This document shows, piece by piece, positions 10,424 to 24,527 of a DNA stretch of 64,000 nucleotides; the stretch's first letter is position 1, and each line of letters begins with the position of its first letter. Position numbers and translations under genes: made by a program. Origin of the DNA: Bugula neritina (taxonomy: Eukaryota; Animalia; Bryozoa); the NCBI GenBank assembly GCA_964035545.1, contig OZ037766.1, positions 30,990,773-31,054,772 on the forward strand, in the 5' to 3' direction. Under the pieces are notes generated by a model. The model made no database searches. It saw nothing but the letters and a program-made list of their open reading frames with translations, and was not told the origin of the DNA.

Positions 10424-13400
10424 ATATTATAAAATTTAAATTGAAAAGCTCTACCATCTTGTTTTACTAGGTATGGTTTCTAGCCAGCCATGTGGGGACC
10501 CACCAACAGTGTCTAATGCTACTGTAGAGGTTAATGAGACAGCGGTACCCTACGTTGCTGCCAGGTACACATGTGATGCTGCCAATGGATACGTGCTGAC
10601 AGGAAATGACACCATCTACTGCTTTAATGCCTTTCAAATGAATATATGGAGTTCATCACAGTTTACATGCACAAGTAATGGATTACTATAATAATTTCTG
10701 TAAATTCCAGAACTTTTCTCAATAAATGCTGTGGACTTCAGTATATTAGAAAGTGGAAGCTGAGCAACTCTGAGTATTCATCGTATTGTTATATTTTACT
10801 ATATTGTTATGTATTATTTATAATGCTAATAAATACTAATTCCTATATTCTAACCATCTTTACTGCATTAAAAAAGCTGAATTTTAAAAATACCATAAAT
10901 AGATCATTAACCTGAGCAGTATTAATTAGTTGAATGGCCAGTTTTTCTTGTTGTTTGTTAGAATAAATTAGAATATACAACTTTGAACGTTGACTCTTTT
11001 TTATTTTTAGGGATAAAATGCTCTGAGGACCCTTATGCAGACAGCAATCACACAACAACTAATTTTCAGACAACCAGCACTGAAAGCTACAGAGATTTCA
11101 TTGAGGATTACCGTTATGGTTACAATCATCAATCTAACAGTTATGGATATTGGATTACCAGTTACCGCATGGCTGTACAGAGCAAAAATGTGTAAGCATT
11201 TGAACATATACACACACATTAGTAATAAAAAATGCAGCATGAAAAAATACTCTTGTTTGATGAAACTATGAAATACACATGACTGCAGTCATGTGTGTCA
11301 AATGCAGCAGAGAGAATTGTGCTAAAATCACAATTTTATTCCAATAACAGAAGTTATTTTTAGCAGTTGAATATAAGTACCTATATAGTCTGGCCTATTA
11401 TTCTTCTTCTATTTGGGCTACACTCATTTATAGCTATGCATTCAGCATAATTCAGAGCAAAATAAAGTTCTACACACATCACTTCTAATTATAATAAGCA
11501 AACTATAGAAGTTTCTCTGACATGCCATCATTTAACGGTGACATTCATTTTGGAGGTTTTTATCAATAATACAATAGTTATTTTGCATTATAGGTACTAT
11601 GGACAGAATATAACCAGTTACTGTAAAACTGGCTATGAGCACCCTGATAGATCTACAAATGCTTCAGTTGAATGTAGTATTAACGGGACGTGGATCTACC
11701 CACCCACTGAGTGTCAAAGTGAGTACATCAACGCTCATGCAGCCTATCTATAGCTGCTAATGGATATAACACAAATATATCAATGTACATCCCATATCAT
11801 TATTTTAGAAAAGGATTGTGGCACAGTAGAAAATATGACAGGAGTGGTATGCGACGTTCCATCTACAGTGTACCAAAGTGTGGCTAGGTGCAGATGTAAA
11901 GATGGTTATGAGAGAAAATATTCTTATTCTTACCAAAGAACGTATACAGACAACTCTTTCACAATGACTTGTCGCTCCAATAGCCAATGGAGCCAGCCAG
12001 ATGACGGTAGACAAAATAGTTGCACCAGTGAGTAACTTATGTGCCAGCTAAATTAAAGTTCTGTCAAAACTGCAGTGAGAAAAGAATTAACTGACTATAT
12101 AAATGTTAATATAATTATTAAACATTGAGCTTTTCTGCAATCATGTGATGTCTTCTCCATTAGTGAGGTCTGTGTTGGGTTGTATGAACTCGGGCTATTC
12201 ACACAAGCTCACAACTAAAGCTTATTGTTTCCTAAAGCTTTATTCAAGTTATCACATCAAAGGACATAATTTCAGAAACAACACTAATTGACTTCTTTCT
12301 AATTTAACTTTTCTTTTTATATAAGAAAGCAAAAGTGAAAAAACATGTAGAAAGAAGTTTCAGCTGAAAGCTTTTATAAAACACCTATTGCTTAACTGAA
12401 TAGTCAAATTTGCGATTTTAGCAAAATGATTTGTTTTACCAGAACTTTTATGATCTTTGACAGGAGTACAATGTCCTGCACTGAGACAAAATATACCGAA
12501 CATGGTCTCATTAAACTACACTGGGACAAGCTTTGAAGATACAGCTCTGTACACATGCATACCAGGATATGAGACTAATATTACTGGGAGTATTTGGTGT
12601 CGAGCTAACAAAACCTGGTCCAGCTCTGTTAGCTGTGTTCGTGAGTTTTCAATGAATGTATACATATTGAGAGTTGAAATCAACAGACATGGGAACTTTA
12701 TCTAAGTGAGTTGCTGCAACAGAACTTGACATTCTTTTTATATTTCTATTGCAGGTAAAGATTGTGGATCACCTCCTATTTTGCCAAATGGTTATGTAAC
12801 ACACTACGTCTACACAGCAACCTTTCAATCTAATGTCACATACGGCTGTAGCAGAGGCTATATATTAGATGGAGCCTCTACTATCACATGCAGTGAGGAG
12901 GGAGTGTGGACCACGCCCCCAATTTGCCATAGTGAGTTGATTTCAGACCAATAAATTGTATTCAGTCACGTAAAAGCATATATAGAATTGTTGCAGTTTG
13001 CACTCAAAGAAACAAACTGTAGCAAATATGATCTTAAATATTCCTTTGGTAATGTTTCATTAAACTTAAGATGAGTTTTATTTTAATTCTTACTGTACGA
13101 AAAAGACAGCTAAGTCCTATAACATCTGATAATTAAAACTTTTTTCAGGAATAAGATGCAATGAACCACCAAAAATCCAAAATGGCCGCCGGCATGTTGG
13201 TGGCCATTATTATGGAGATTCAACGATGTACGAGTGTGATATTGGCTATCTTCTGTCTGGAAACTGTTCCATCTCCTGTCAGTTTGACGGGCACTGGTCA
13301 GCCAAACCTGAGTGTCATGGTAGGTGTGCAAGTGTGAATGCCATCTCTTTACTATCATAACTTAAAGGTCTCTGAGTTGCAAAGTTTAAAGAACAACACT

Positions 13401-15501
13401 GACAAGTCAGGAATTGCTTTATAACTCATTAGTTGTGGTTCAACGATCTGGGTGGCTCATAACATTTTACTTTGTAAAATAGCACACAACACAGTTACTT
13501 GCATAAATTTGAAATGAACCTAAACTTGGCCATCTTCCACACTTTAGTACACAGCAACAGCTTTTGTATATAAAGTTTTTTTTGGAACTTTCAATTTTGA
13601 CTTGAGTAAAGACAATGAAGCAATTTTTAACTGAGCAGAATAAAATCAGAATAGATATTCATTAGTTTTCTATCCTTAATGTTGGTAAACCAATGCTTGT
13701 ATTATTGTTTACTATCTTTAAAGACCGGATGTTCTGCTGCTAAAATGGAATATCTCCAATTAGGCACTAAATATGTATGTGAAACTAGCTATCTGGTTTT
13801 TATCATGTTGACCTTTTACACTTTAGCTGTTGGTTTCAAAATGGTCACAGCTGGTTGAACAATCACACAGCTAGTCAGACGTGTACTGCTGAAACATATT
13901 GTTTAATAAAGTGGGAAAACATAATATAAGCTGCCATATATAATTTTAGTTGTATCTTGTGGGCGGCCACCCTATGTCGGGCATGGCTCCTTCAAAGTGA
14001 CTTCTGGGTATAAGTTCACAGATCATGTGGAGTACACGTGCTTCAATGACTTTATGTTAAATGGAGTGAACTTTGCAGTCTGCTTATCTAACGGTAGCTG
14101 GAGCAAGCCACCCTCGTGCCTTCCAGCTGCAAGGAGTGCAACAGCTCAAATACCCCCTTCAAGTTTGTTGGCTTCTACTGCAGCTACTTTCCCGATGATC
14201 AAGTCAACTGCAGCACCGAGTAGAGCTGTATCAGGTGACAAACCTTCTGGTCATCCTTGTAATATCTCTTCATAGTATTAGAGGATAAAAATCAACTCTG
14301 TTTCTTTTATCCAATTGTCCAATCAAGAAAATTGTAAATCTTTTTAGAAACTGAAAGAACAATCTCTTCCATATCAATCACCATAAAGACTCATGAGAGA
14401 ACAACCAAAGCCCAGACCGACACCGATCACATTTACAATACCTTCGGTTTGACAAGAAGCAGTCAGGAGAGTAAATCTGAACAGTATGCTAGCTTACCGA
14501 CCAGTCAAGTACATAAAAGCCTTGCTTTCAAACACAGTTCTGCTAAAGGCTCCACCATAAGTGGGTCTCATCAAAGCGGGCTAATTGTTGGGATTTCAGT
14601 CTTAGCGGTCGTCCTCTTAGTTGTGTTGATTGCTATAGGAGTCCGTAAGACACTGAAAGCAAGGTTAGTGTGCAGTGTTCATGGTAAAAGTGACACAGAA
14701 AAAATTAGCACTAGTAAAAATGGTACAAATAGAAAAGTAGGTAAAATGGCACACTGGTGTTGAATTTGCCCAAACTTTCATCTCCAAACCCAAACCTCAA
14801 TATTGAAAATGTGCCAATTTTATCTACTTTCCCATTTGTGCCATTTTTGCTGTGACATTTGTCACAGTGTGTTATTTAATTTACCTGCCTTTTTATTTGT
14901 ATGATTACTACCTGTGCCACTTTTACTTGTGCCATTATTACCTGTACCAATATTACCTGTGACATTTTACTGTGCCATCTTACTGTGATGTTTTCACCTA
15001 AAATCGAGTGTGCAGTAGGTTTCATTTTTCTTTTTTTTCAAAACACATAAAATTTGACTGATTAAATTTCTTCAATCTTTGCAGCTTTTATACAACATTC
15101 AAAAAATTACTGTTGGTATTCAAGAGTGGTTTTATGCTATGATACTTTGAGTATACTCACACTATAACGTATGATTTGGCTTAAAACAAATCTACCATAC
15201 ATATAAGCATAAATATCGTATAATTTCTGAGGTAATAATATTTACATCATTTGCTTACCTAAAAAATATTCGTCAATATTTCATTTTCACAAGAATTTTA
15301 CTCTTGTAGAGCAGGATCGAAAAATATTAATATTTTAGGTAATACATTAATTTGTTTTATATGTTTTATGCTATTTCTAGAAGGCAACGTGCTGAGAGAC
15401 GTAATGAGTGTCCTGCAGCAGTGGAAAATGCTCTCTACACTTGCGAAGGGGAGACAATGACTGTTTATTCATTTAAAGACAATAAAACTACAGGAGACTA
15501 A
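9731..15501 (+). CDS. Multi-sushi (7 CCP) type-I transmembrane receptor, paralog 2, complete
   Basis: Signal-peptide exon 9731-9785 (MVMELLVLAGILIIQPTLG). CCP exons 10471-10674, 11011-11191 + 11594-11718 (split domain), 11809-12027, 12464-12640, 12755-12931, 13149-13319 and 13950-14234. Ser/Thr stalk + TM exon 14348-14663. Tail exon 15381-15501 (NAGNAG acceptor). All phases are compatible and there are no stops. Confidence 0.9.
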
Positions 15502-16442
15502 CCACTATTTAGCTCTTTGTATATCCATCAGTTTCAGTCAGTTTTCAAGTCTGGGAAACTTTTAAATAATGCTGACATGTTATAATTTTAAGCATTAAAC
15601 TGGTTCAACCACTACTTGTCTATGCATACATACACAAACTAATTAACTGCTCTATCATGCTTTTATCAAAATGTAACTTGTGATTTATTAATTATAATAT
15701 TTTGCTATGCTGTAAGTTCACTATAAGTAAGGAAAATATTTTATATCATACTTTATAGAACATGTTATTTAATGTATCATAATATAATATAATATGATAT
15801 ACAATATAAACTATTATATAAGATAGTATAATATATGGTAACAAATTTTGTGTATTAGATTACATAATATATCAGACAATATTATATAATTATAATATGA
15901 AGTTTCCAATGTTCAATTTACTGCAGTTATAACCTTTTTCATAGTTTTGTTATTGTGTAGAGAATATCGTTAAGCTCAGTGCAATTCCAAACAGTTTTCA
16001 TAATGCATAAAATCTATTATCATAAACTTACAAGTTTATCAAAAGAATATTTTTGATTTGTAAAGTCAATTAGCCAAAATAAATTAACAGCTGCATGAAA
16101 TATATTTTTAAAAAGATTTCATACAATTATTATTTGAAAAAAGCCCATCACAGAAGTGGAATTTGCATGTTTATTTATTGCTTATGTGTGTAATAATATT
16201 ATAATTTATCAAATTTTTTGAACTCAACAATCGACAGTTTAAATTGCAAAAAACTACTTTTTAGAGTTGAGTTTTTTCACAAAGTAGACAAGTCCTAGAT
16301 TTATCAAATATTTATTAATTTTCTTATAAACATAAAGCTAGAAAGTGAATAATGCTTGAAGTAAGTAATTGTCTGCTCTTGTGATGCCATTGAGTGCATA
16401 AAGTTATATTCATCAAAACACTTACAATAAAAATCCTATAGC

Positions 16443-16583
16443 TATAAAAGCTCATGCAGGTTTATAGTCACCATCCCTGTGAGAAACCCCTGATATAAAG
16501 GGTTTTTGTTCAATTGGGCTAAGGACTTGTTTAAACGTGGCACAGGAGCAATTATGACTGGATGCTCCACCTAACATCATCAA
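16443..16583 (-). mobile_element. Partial SINE (3' body only) of the family at 26820 and 57911
   Basis: Shares GTTTATAGTCACCATCCCTGTGAGAAACC...GGCACAGGAGCAATTATGACTGGATGCTC..CCTAACATCA with the full copies but lacks the tRNA head. Confidence 0.8.
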
Positions 16584-18075
16584 TAGCGATAAGACAGTTT
16601 TGTATTCATCCACTTAAATCTTATTTATAAATTAAGCAGTTTGCATGTGTTAGTTATATAACTATATATATATATGCGTTTATACATATATCTACATACT
16701 TTTAGTTCAAATTGTAAAGTGATTATTCATGCAGATTGCATAATCATTACTTATAGAGTCTCAAAGAAAGCACCCATATTGATATGTTTATCAACAAATT
16801 TTAGAGGAGGTTGAAAATGGTTTGCTAAAATTATATTTCAGATTATTTTGCCCTTCCAATAATATAAGAATGTAAATAAGTTAGAAATGCAGCTTTTAAC
16901 GTTGTCATTCAATCAAACCCTTATATAGTTTGATTAGGGATACAAACCAAATTCCGTTGCAGGTTGCATAGCAACTACACAAACCCTGTAATTGATAAGT
17001 AGACACGTCTGCATTGATATCACCTTTAAGGTAGGCTTAAAACCACTCATGTTTGATCGTGGTAAGATTATCTAAATTGTTTTCTGTTTGCAAAAAACTA
17101 GATACAGCTTTGTTTGATTGAGACTCACATAGCCCAAGCAAATGCACCCCTGGTTGATTATATAATTTTGTACCTTAAAATTGATTTTGCTCATTGTATG
17201 TACAGTGAATAACTTTCAGTATACATGGCTAGGGCCAGCAATAAGTATAGCAAAGAATTTCTCATTCTGATTGCTAAGTTTTATTATGCACTTTACTCAA
17301 ATACAAAGATATGAATTCAGTTTATCTCTATAATATATGACTAAAGCATATAAATTTACATTCCCACATTGCGCTATAATAGATTGTTCCATGTTGTGGT
17401 ATTAAAATTACCAGTAGACAACTTGGGAAAGTTTAAACGTAATTCATTTAAAAAGGCTGCTAGCTAGCTGTTAGATATAAGCTTACAAAAATAAGTCTGA
17501 ATAAAATGTGGCATTGTGCTAATAGCTTGGAAGTGTGAACAAAATAAACTCATTTGCATGATGTAGTTTTAAGCGTAATATTTACATAAAATAAAAGCAA
17601 TATTTTGCTGCTTTTAGGATACAAAACTAGCTCCAGCGGTTTCACCATCTTAATACAGTTATAAGCTATTAAATTATAAGACCTAAGTCAAAGTGACTTT
17701 GATAGCTAAAGCAATTACGGTCATTATAATGGAAGGAACAGAGTAAAATATGCTGTAGCCATCATTGCATCTATCAGATGAGTTACAAACGCAAATCGAA
17801 GTAGAAACTTTTGTCCCATTCTCCACGTACTGACAGCCTAACTTTCGGAAATCTGATGGGACGCACCCCCTGCAACAGAAGAGAGTAGCCTTAGAGGCTT
17901 ATGCAGTAAACTCCGTACAGTATCTATAGAATTGAGCAGAGTTATATACGCTAAATTGAACTCATTTTAGTTGTTGCACATATGCCGGCTTGTTAAAACA
18001 TTATAGCAAATCTATAAGCTAGAATTAAATTGCTACAAGATAGCCTTATTAGAAATATTTAAACATGTATTAAAT

Positions 18076-18310
18076 GCATGTGACAAGCACTCTTTATTAG
18101 TATGTGACATGTGCCATTTTTTCTAGCATGTGACATGCATGTGCTCTTTTCTATGCCATGTGACATAAGCCGTTTCTATATATGACATGTGACATAAGCC
18201 GTTTCTATGTCATGTGACATGTGTTCTTTTCTGTTGCATGTGACATATAGGCTCTTTTCTGTTGCATGTGACATATAGGCTCTTTTCTGTTGCATGTGAC
18301 ATATAGGCTA
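18076..18310. repeat. Degenerate ~27-28-bp tandem repeat (GCATGTGACATATAGGCTCTTTTCTGTT)
   Basis: About 8 units sharing the ATGTGACA core; the last ones are near-perfect. Confidence 0.85.
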
Positions 18311-20641
18311 CTATAATATAACATACCTTATGACAGAAAATCCAGTGTAGTTTGTTCGATTCATGCAAAGGTCAGTGTCACGTGAGCACGTCATCGTTAA
18401 ATCTCTGCCAAGGTCGGTCTGAGTGTAGCCACAATAATATTCATCTGACTCTTCCTTTAATGAAGAACAGTGAACACACTCTATACCTCTGGTCCCTGGG
18501 TGAACACAACATGGCTGATATTACCTATATATAATTTTAGCCGCAGCCATACTTAAGTACTGTAATTGTGATATTTTGGAGCCGTTACGTGAGTTTCAAA
18601 TAGGATTGACTATAAAAAAGTTGACATAGATTTAATGATTTGAACAACAAAGTTTATATTAGAGTTGTTATAGTGAACAATATATATTAAAGTTGCAAAA
18701 TCAAAAAGAACCACAAGAAAGGAAAAATTATTCTACCTGTTACTGTTATTTTGTATTTTCTCTATTACATGAAAGTTGGATCTTATATAAGCAACTAATG
18801 CATATATTATATATATATATCTTTAATTCCAAGTTATATATATATATATCTATTATTTTATAGTCTTATTTTAGTCTTTAATTAATTTTAGGCATTCAGC
18901 CTAAGTTCCCTATTCACAATAAATACTCACCAACTATGACGCTGCTCAGTAAAAGTATCCAAGTTATAAGATTAGCAGCCATTTTCAGTACCTTCAGCAC
19001 CACGCAGTCATGTGTCAGCTGATAGTATCCTTTAATTCAGCTTTACGTCTACTTACAGTCTAGAAGTATGTGTCTTGTGTCATATAAAAATACTTTGCGT
19101 CTTATTTTCCTAGTTTCCTCATAGCATCATAAAAATATTTATGATTACTTGTTACTATATAATATCTGTTTGCTTTCTGGTTTCACAATTATATAGAGGG
19201 CCCTTGAAGATTTTGCCAAGGGTACTTATTGCTTGCACTTTGAACTGAGCTGTTGCTGCAATCTTTTTATCACATTGATTATTGTTAAACACGATCTTTC
19301 TAAAATGTGACAAAAAGAGCAAAACTTGAAAAGTTGGTGTTGAAGCATACAGGAACTATGTCTGTGTTATTTGCACTATATAGCTTGGTTGAGTGCTTTA
19401 AATGAAAGGCTATTTTAGTGTGGCTTTACTCAGTTTTGCGTGACCAAAAATTAAAAACCTTGGCTAAGCTTGGCCATAGCATTGTTATACTCTTGCTTTG
19501 CTTTGTTGGGTACCGATATAACTGAGTTGAGACTTTTATTGCATCACACAAAATTTTTTGGTTACTTATATAACTTAGTAATTATTATAAATAAACTATA
19601 ACTATCAACCTGATGGTTCTATTATAGCTAAATCTAACTTACAAAACAATTCTGCTATCAAGTTTGAACAACTCTAGTTGATATAAATAATCTTTATTAT
19701 ATTTACATTATGGTCAGGCAGATATGGTCACACCTTCATAAGCATTTACTTCACTGTATTATATAGGGTCTGATGTTCTAGATGAAATTTATCAACTAAA
19801 GTTGTATCAATAGAATGCATGGATTCTTTTTGTAGCTGATTTAAAAGAATACTATTTTCCACTACTCGGCATGCATGGCACATAACTATATGATTGGTTA
19901 ATAGAAAACTACATTTGTACATCTTTAGCTCATGCTTTGAGACTATGGGCGGGCAACAAAATCACTACATTTAAAAGCTACACGCTACATGCACTATTAT
20001 AGCTTGATTAGAAGCAATAATATTCTTTCTACAACTACCTTCAGCACAAGCACTTTATCTAATAATTGGGCCAGAAAATTTAATTACAATAGATGTGCAC
20101 CACATATTTAATTTTTTACGTCTAGCAATCAGTCTAGTTTTCTACTTTTATCTATTTTACGTTTTTTGCTTACTTGTTTGGTAAATTAAAATTTAACAAG
20201 AAAACATGAATGCATAGAAACTTCACCATTTTGGATGCACTTATATGCTTGATTCAAATGCATGCAAAATTTAAAGCTAAGTAGACTGGCTAAATATTTG
20301 TATATAGTCAAGTAAACTCACTTCGCTACTGCAGCAGGCTTCTATATGAGGGTATTTATAAAAATTGTATTAAAACTGCAAAAATAATATCTGAACAAGC
20401 ACTGTGAAACTATATAGTAAACAATTATTTATTGCTTCTAAAAAGGTTCACAAAAACATTATGAAAAAGTTGGAAGTTCAACATAAATCCGCTAATATTT
20501 TACATAATGCCTCGTGTACAAAAATACAGCTGCATCATCCACCAGCAACTGTTATATTTACTACTGCATTTACTTCAATTATAATAATATTCTTGGTTTA
20601 CATAATCTACAATATGTTTTAACTTATCATGCCTAACTACG

Positions 20642-20800
20642 TAAACTTTCACTTTAAGAGATAAAATTCCTAATTAGAGTGTTACTATTCAATTAACATG
20701 ACCCTGTTATAAATAATGTTAACACGAATCTGCTATGCTACAGTTGTTATTTGAATAGTAACAATCTAATTGAGAATTTTATCTCTAAAAGTGAAGTTTA
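20642..20800. repeat. Long imperfect inverted repeat (~56-bp arms, ~46-bp loop); MITE/foldback-like
   Basis: 20642-20698 (TAAACTTTCACTTTAAGAGATAAAATTCCTAATTAGAGTGTTACTATTCAATTAACA) matches the reverse complement of 20745-20800 with few mismatches. Confidence 0.8.
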
Positions 20801-21833
20801 TGGCAGCGTTATAATGAGATTGTTAGCTCTTAATTATGAGATGCAGAGATAACAAAAGCTTTGCTTTAGACTCTTAAGTAAATACTAGTTAGAAAAGGAG
20901 GAGGCCTAGGATATTCTGTTATCCCCCCCCCCTTCCAAGCAAAAGCTTATGTCTGTATTTTGAGCTAAGAAAAACATAGCAACACTGGCCGCCCACTTAA
21001 ATTGTTGCTTAGAAATAGAGATAGAGCTTGTTTTACACAAGGCAGGGCTGTTCAACAGGCAGTCCTTATAAGGCTGTCTAACAGGTGGTCACGGGGCTGT
21101 CCAACAGGTGGCCCCAGGGCTGTATATTCTGCAAAACAAAGGCATAACGAATAAAATTATTTGGCACACTTGTATGAAATAAATGGAAAAACCACCTTTT
21201 AAATTTCTTATTTATATATGTATGCTAGAAAATGCAGCTGGCAGTAACTATATTAGGACTTCACTTCACTTCACATGTAATGATTCATATAAATTTAGTA
21301 TAAAGTATAATTTAAAGTGTAACAAATGTTGTAGTTTTTAAATTACTTTATACCAAAGCTAAATTTTACAATGTGGCCATAAAATAGCTAACTTTAGTGG
21401 CCTTCATTCTGAAACAGGTTGGCAGGTACCTTTAAATTAGAGCTGAGGTATACACTGTATTTCTAAGCTTCTTCGAATGGATTTTTAATCATTCAATGTT
21501 TGCATGGAAGTGATTGCATCTAATGAAACCACAGCCATAAGTTGATGCAAAGACAATTCAACAAATTTATTGAATAATTTAAGTAATGGAAACTAAACAA
21601 TGTAGTTGCATGGCAGAAGCATAGATCAGCAGAGTATTAGGGTATATAAGTTTACCATCATTCCTAACTTGATAAAATTTTTACTGACTATGAAACAGAA
21701 CATGCTGGCTATTATATAATAGTAATGGTATTTTTGGTGTAAGGCTGTTGGCAGATACACACAACTAGTGTAACAGTCATAATATTTAGTGAAGTGTATA
21801 TAAAAAAACTAGACCGACTTTATTCAGGGCAAT

Positions 21834-21996
21834 CACTGCGTTTCCATGACTGCGCATAATGCGAATGAATACTTAGTACGGATTATTTGTGGTTTGTGGT
21901 TTGCATTACCTTATAGTCGCGGTTTCATCCGATGTAACTGTTTCCATTAGCCGAATGAAAAAATCCATTGCATAATGCGATAATGGAAACGCAGTG
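21834..21996. mobile_element. ~163-bp MITE with 14-bp TIRs
   Basis: Perfect terminal inverted repeat CACTGCGTTTCCAT ... ATGGAAACGCAGTG; internal repeat GCATAATGCGA occurs twice. Confidence 0.65.
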
Positions 21997-22748
21997 TATA
22001 AGCAACTGCTAAATTGCTAAACATAAAAGATGTGACCTTGTAGAGGTCAGAGGTCAAACGTGAAGACAATTATTTGCTGCAATTAATAGCACTTAAAATA
22101 TCTTTGACAATTACATTTATTGCAGTAACAAATTATTCACAGCTGAACACAACTTTCAAGAGAGTATATCCATGCATATTGGCTTTATAATAAATTGTAT
22201 CATACCATATTCATTATGCAGATGACATACTATTTTTATATAATTGATCGATTTTTATATGGTGCTGCATCACAGGATGTGATAAATTCTCCAGTTTGAA
22301 GAATATATATTCATACACCCTGTAGTGTACAACAAGCACAGTGTAGAATAAAAATCATAAAGTCAACTTAGTTTCACGCAGCGTAAGGTAAACCTTGTAA
22401 CCAAGTTGAGATAATGCATTAAACTATTTGGATAAAACACAAGCTGCGTCTCATCAATTGCTATAAACATTCTGCATTATCTTAAGCTCATCAAGCTTTC
22501 TTTCGTGGGAACTGGGAACAGCATCAGAACTAAATGTTATTGTCATGGAGACAGGCAAACAAGTTTCTAATCTACCAAACTAACTGTAACAATAATCCCT
22601 AAGATAAATTGATGCAACGGGTAATGGAAATAAAATATAATATCAACAAAAAAGTATAAAAAGATGGCAGAGAAATTGGTGCTGCCATTAATTGCTAGGA
22701 AAGTAAGACGTCAGCATTACAGTGTTTTAAGCAAGTACTTAGGAGAAG

Positions 22749-23182
22749 ATGAAGGTGTCTACTACCCTATCTCTACTAGCAGTGATGCTAACAGTTTATA
22801 TTTCAGGTAAGATTTGTTGATGTATTCTCACATGATAAACATTTTTACCGACATAAATTGGTTTAAATTAAAAAATGAGTTCAGCAAGAAGGCAATCATG
22901 AAGCTTGTTCGTTGTTTAAAAAAACTGATATGCATTTTGGTCTTATAAAAATTTGTATATGTAAATAATTACATCTGGTATACATTCGTCTATAATTATA
23001 ATTATTCTAAATTATTCTTCTTTTGTTATTTGAGTTTTTTTACTTACTAGATTATAATCTTGCATATAGACACTGGTATAATTTTATTGCAATAAAAGCT
23101 TTTCATAACAGAAATTTAGGTTGATAACATTGATAATGTATAAATCATAACTTTATTGAAAACTTTATTAAAAAAACCAGTT

Positions 23183-23216
<34 letters not shown>

Positions 23217-23788
23217 TATTTAAATATTATAAGATTGCATGCAAGATATTATAAGTGAAGCATGCTATTGTCTTTCTAGAGGTCAAAGGTTTAGATTGCA
23301 TAGTTTGCTCTACTGGCTCCTCTAACAGTGACTGTGATAATGGTGAGACAAGTTTTGATAAAGTATACAAGACCTCTTGCCCAAGTGGTAACAAATGTGT
23401 AAAATCAACAAGATGGTACAAAGATGGACGAGATACTGAAGTTTTTAGGTAAACCTTTATATTTAATAAAAAATCTGATTTTGTTTCAGCTTCAGAAATT
23501 CCAATACTTGTTCGGTTGAAAAAACTATGGCATTTTTTAAATTTTGCATGTACCATTTTAAGGTTTATTAGTCTGTGCAGATGTTTTTCTTAAAATTAAG
23601 ATTTCTATGTTTATAGAGGGTGTGCAAAAGGATATGATGTTGGATGTGCTGTTGTACAAAGCTATCTTGGATACAAATATGAAGAATGTGTCTGTGATGA
23701 AGACGAGTGTAATACAAGCAGCTCTCTTAGCATCTCCATGTTTGCCCTGATGACATCATCACTTTTTGCAGTCTGGAAAGTTCTGTAA
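22749..23788 (+). CDS. GPI-anchored Ly6/uPAR three-finger protein A (quiver/sleepless-like family)
   Basis: Exons 22749-22806 (signal MKVSTTLSLLAVMLTVYIS), 23280-23448 and 23617-23788. Ten Cys ending CVCDEDECN, then a GPI-type signal TSSSLSISMFALMTSSLFAVWKVL*. Confidence 0.9.
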
Positions 23789-24527
23789 ACTCAGTTGTAC
23801 TACTTTGATTACTAGCGATTACATAAGATTTATGTAAAAAGAAAAATTTGTTTGTTTTATAGAACATAGATGATTTCTACAAAATATTTTCTGTAAAAGA
23901 AAATTGTGTCAAGAATTTTGCCATGACTGTCTTTTAGATAAGAAGTGAAAATTTTGACATCAATAAATCTTTTGCTGTTACACGCATTAAGTCTGTATTT
24001 TAAGATGACTACTATTTTCATATAATTGATTGGTTTTTATATGATGCTGCATCACAGGATGTGATAAATTCTTCAATTTGAAGAAACTAGATTAATAGAT
24101 TCTGTAATACTATAAGCACAGTGTAGAATAAAAATAATAAAGTCAACTTCGATTCGTGCAGCATAAGGTAAAGCCTTGTAACCAAGTTGAGATAACGCAT
24201 TACTATTTGGATAAAACACAAGCTATATATTCTTATCAATTTTGAACTTTGAATTCGGCATTATCAAGCTCATAAAGCTTTTTCTCCTTACAACAGCATC
24301 ATAACTAAATGTTATTGTCATGGAGATAGACAAACAAACAAGTTTCTAATCTACCAAACTAGCATTAACCATGATATCTAAAATAAATTGATGCAATAGG
24401 TAATGTAAATAAAATATAATATCAACAATAAAGTATAAAAAGATGGCAGAGGAATTGGTGCTGCCATTAATTGCAAGGAAAGCAAGAAGTCAGCATTGCA
24501 GTGTTTTAAGCAAGTACTTAAGAGAAG

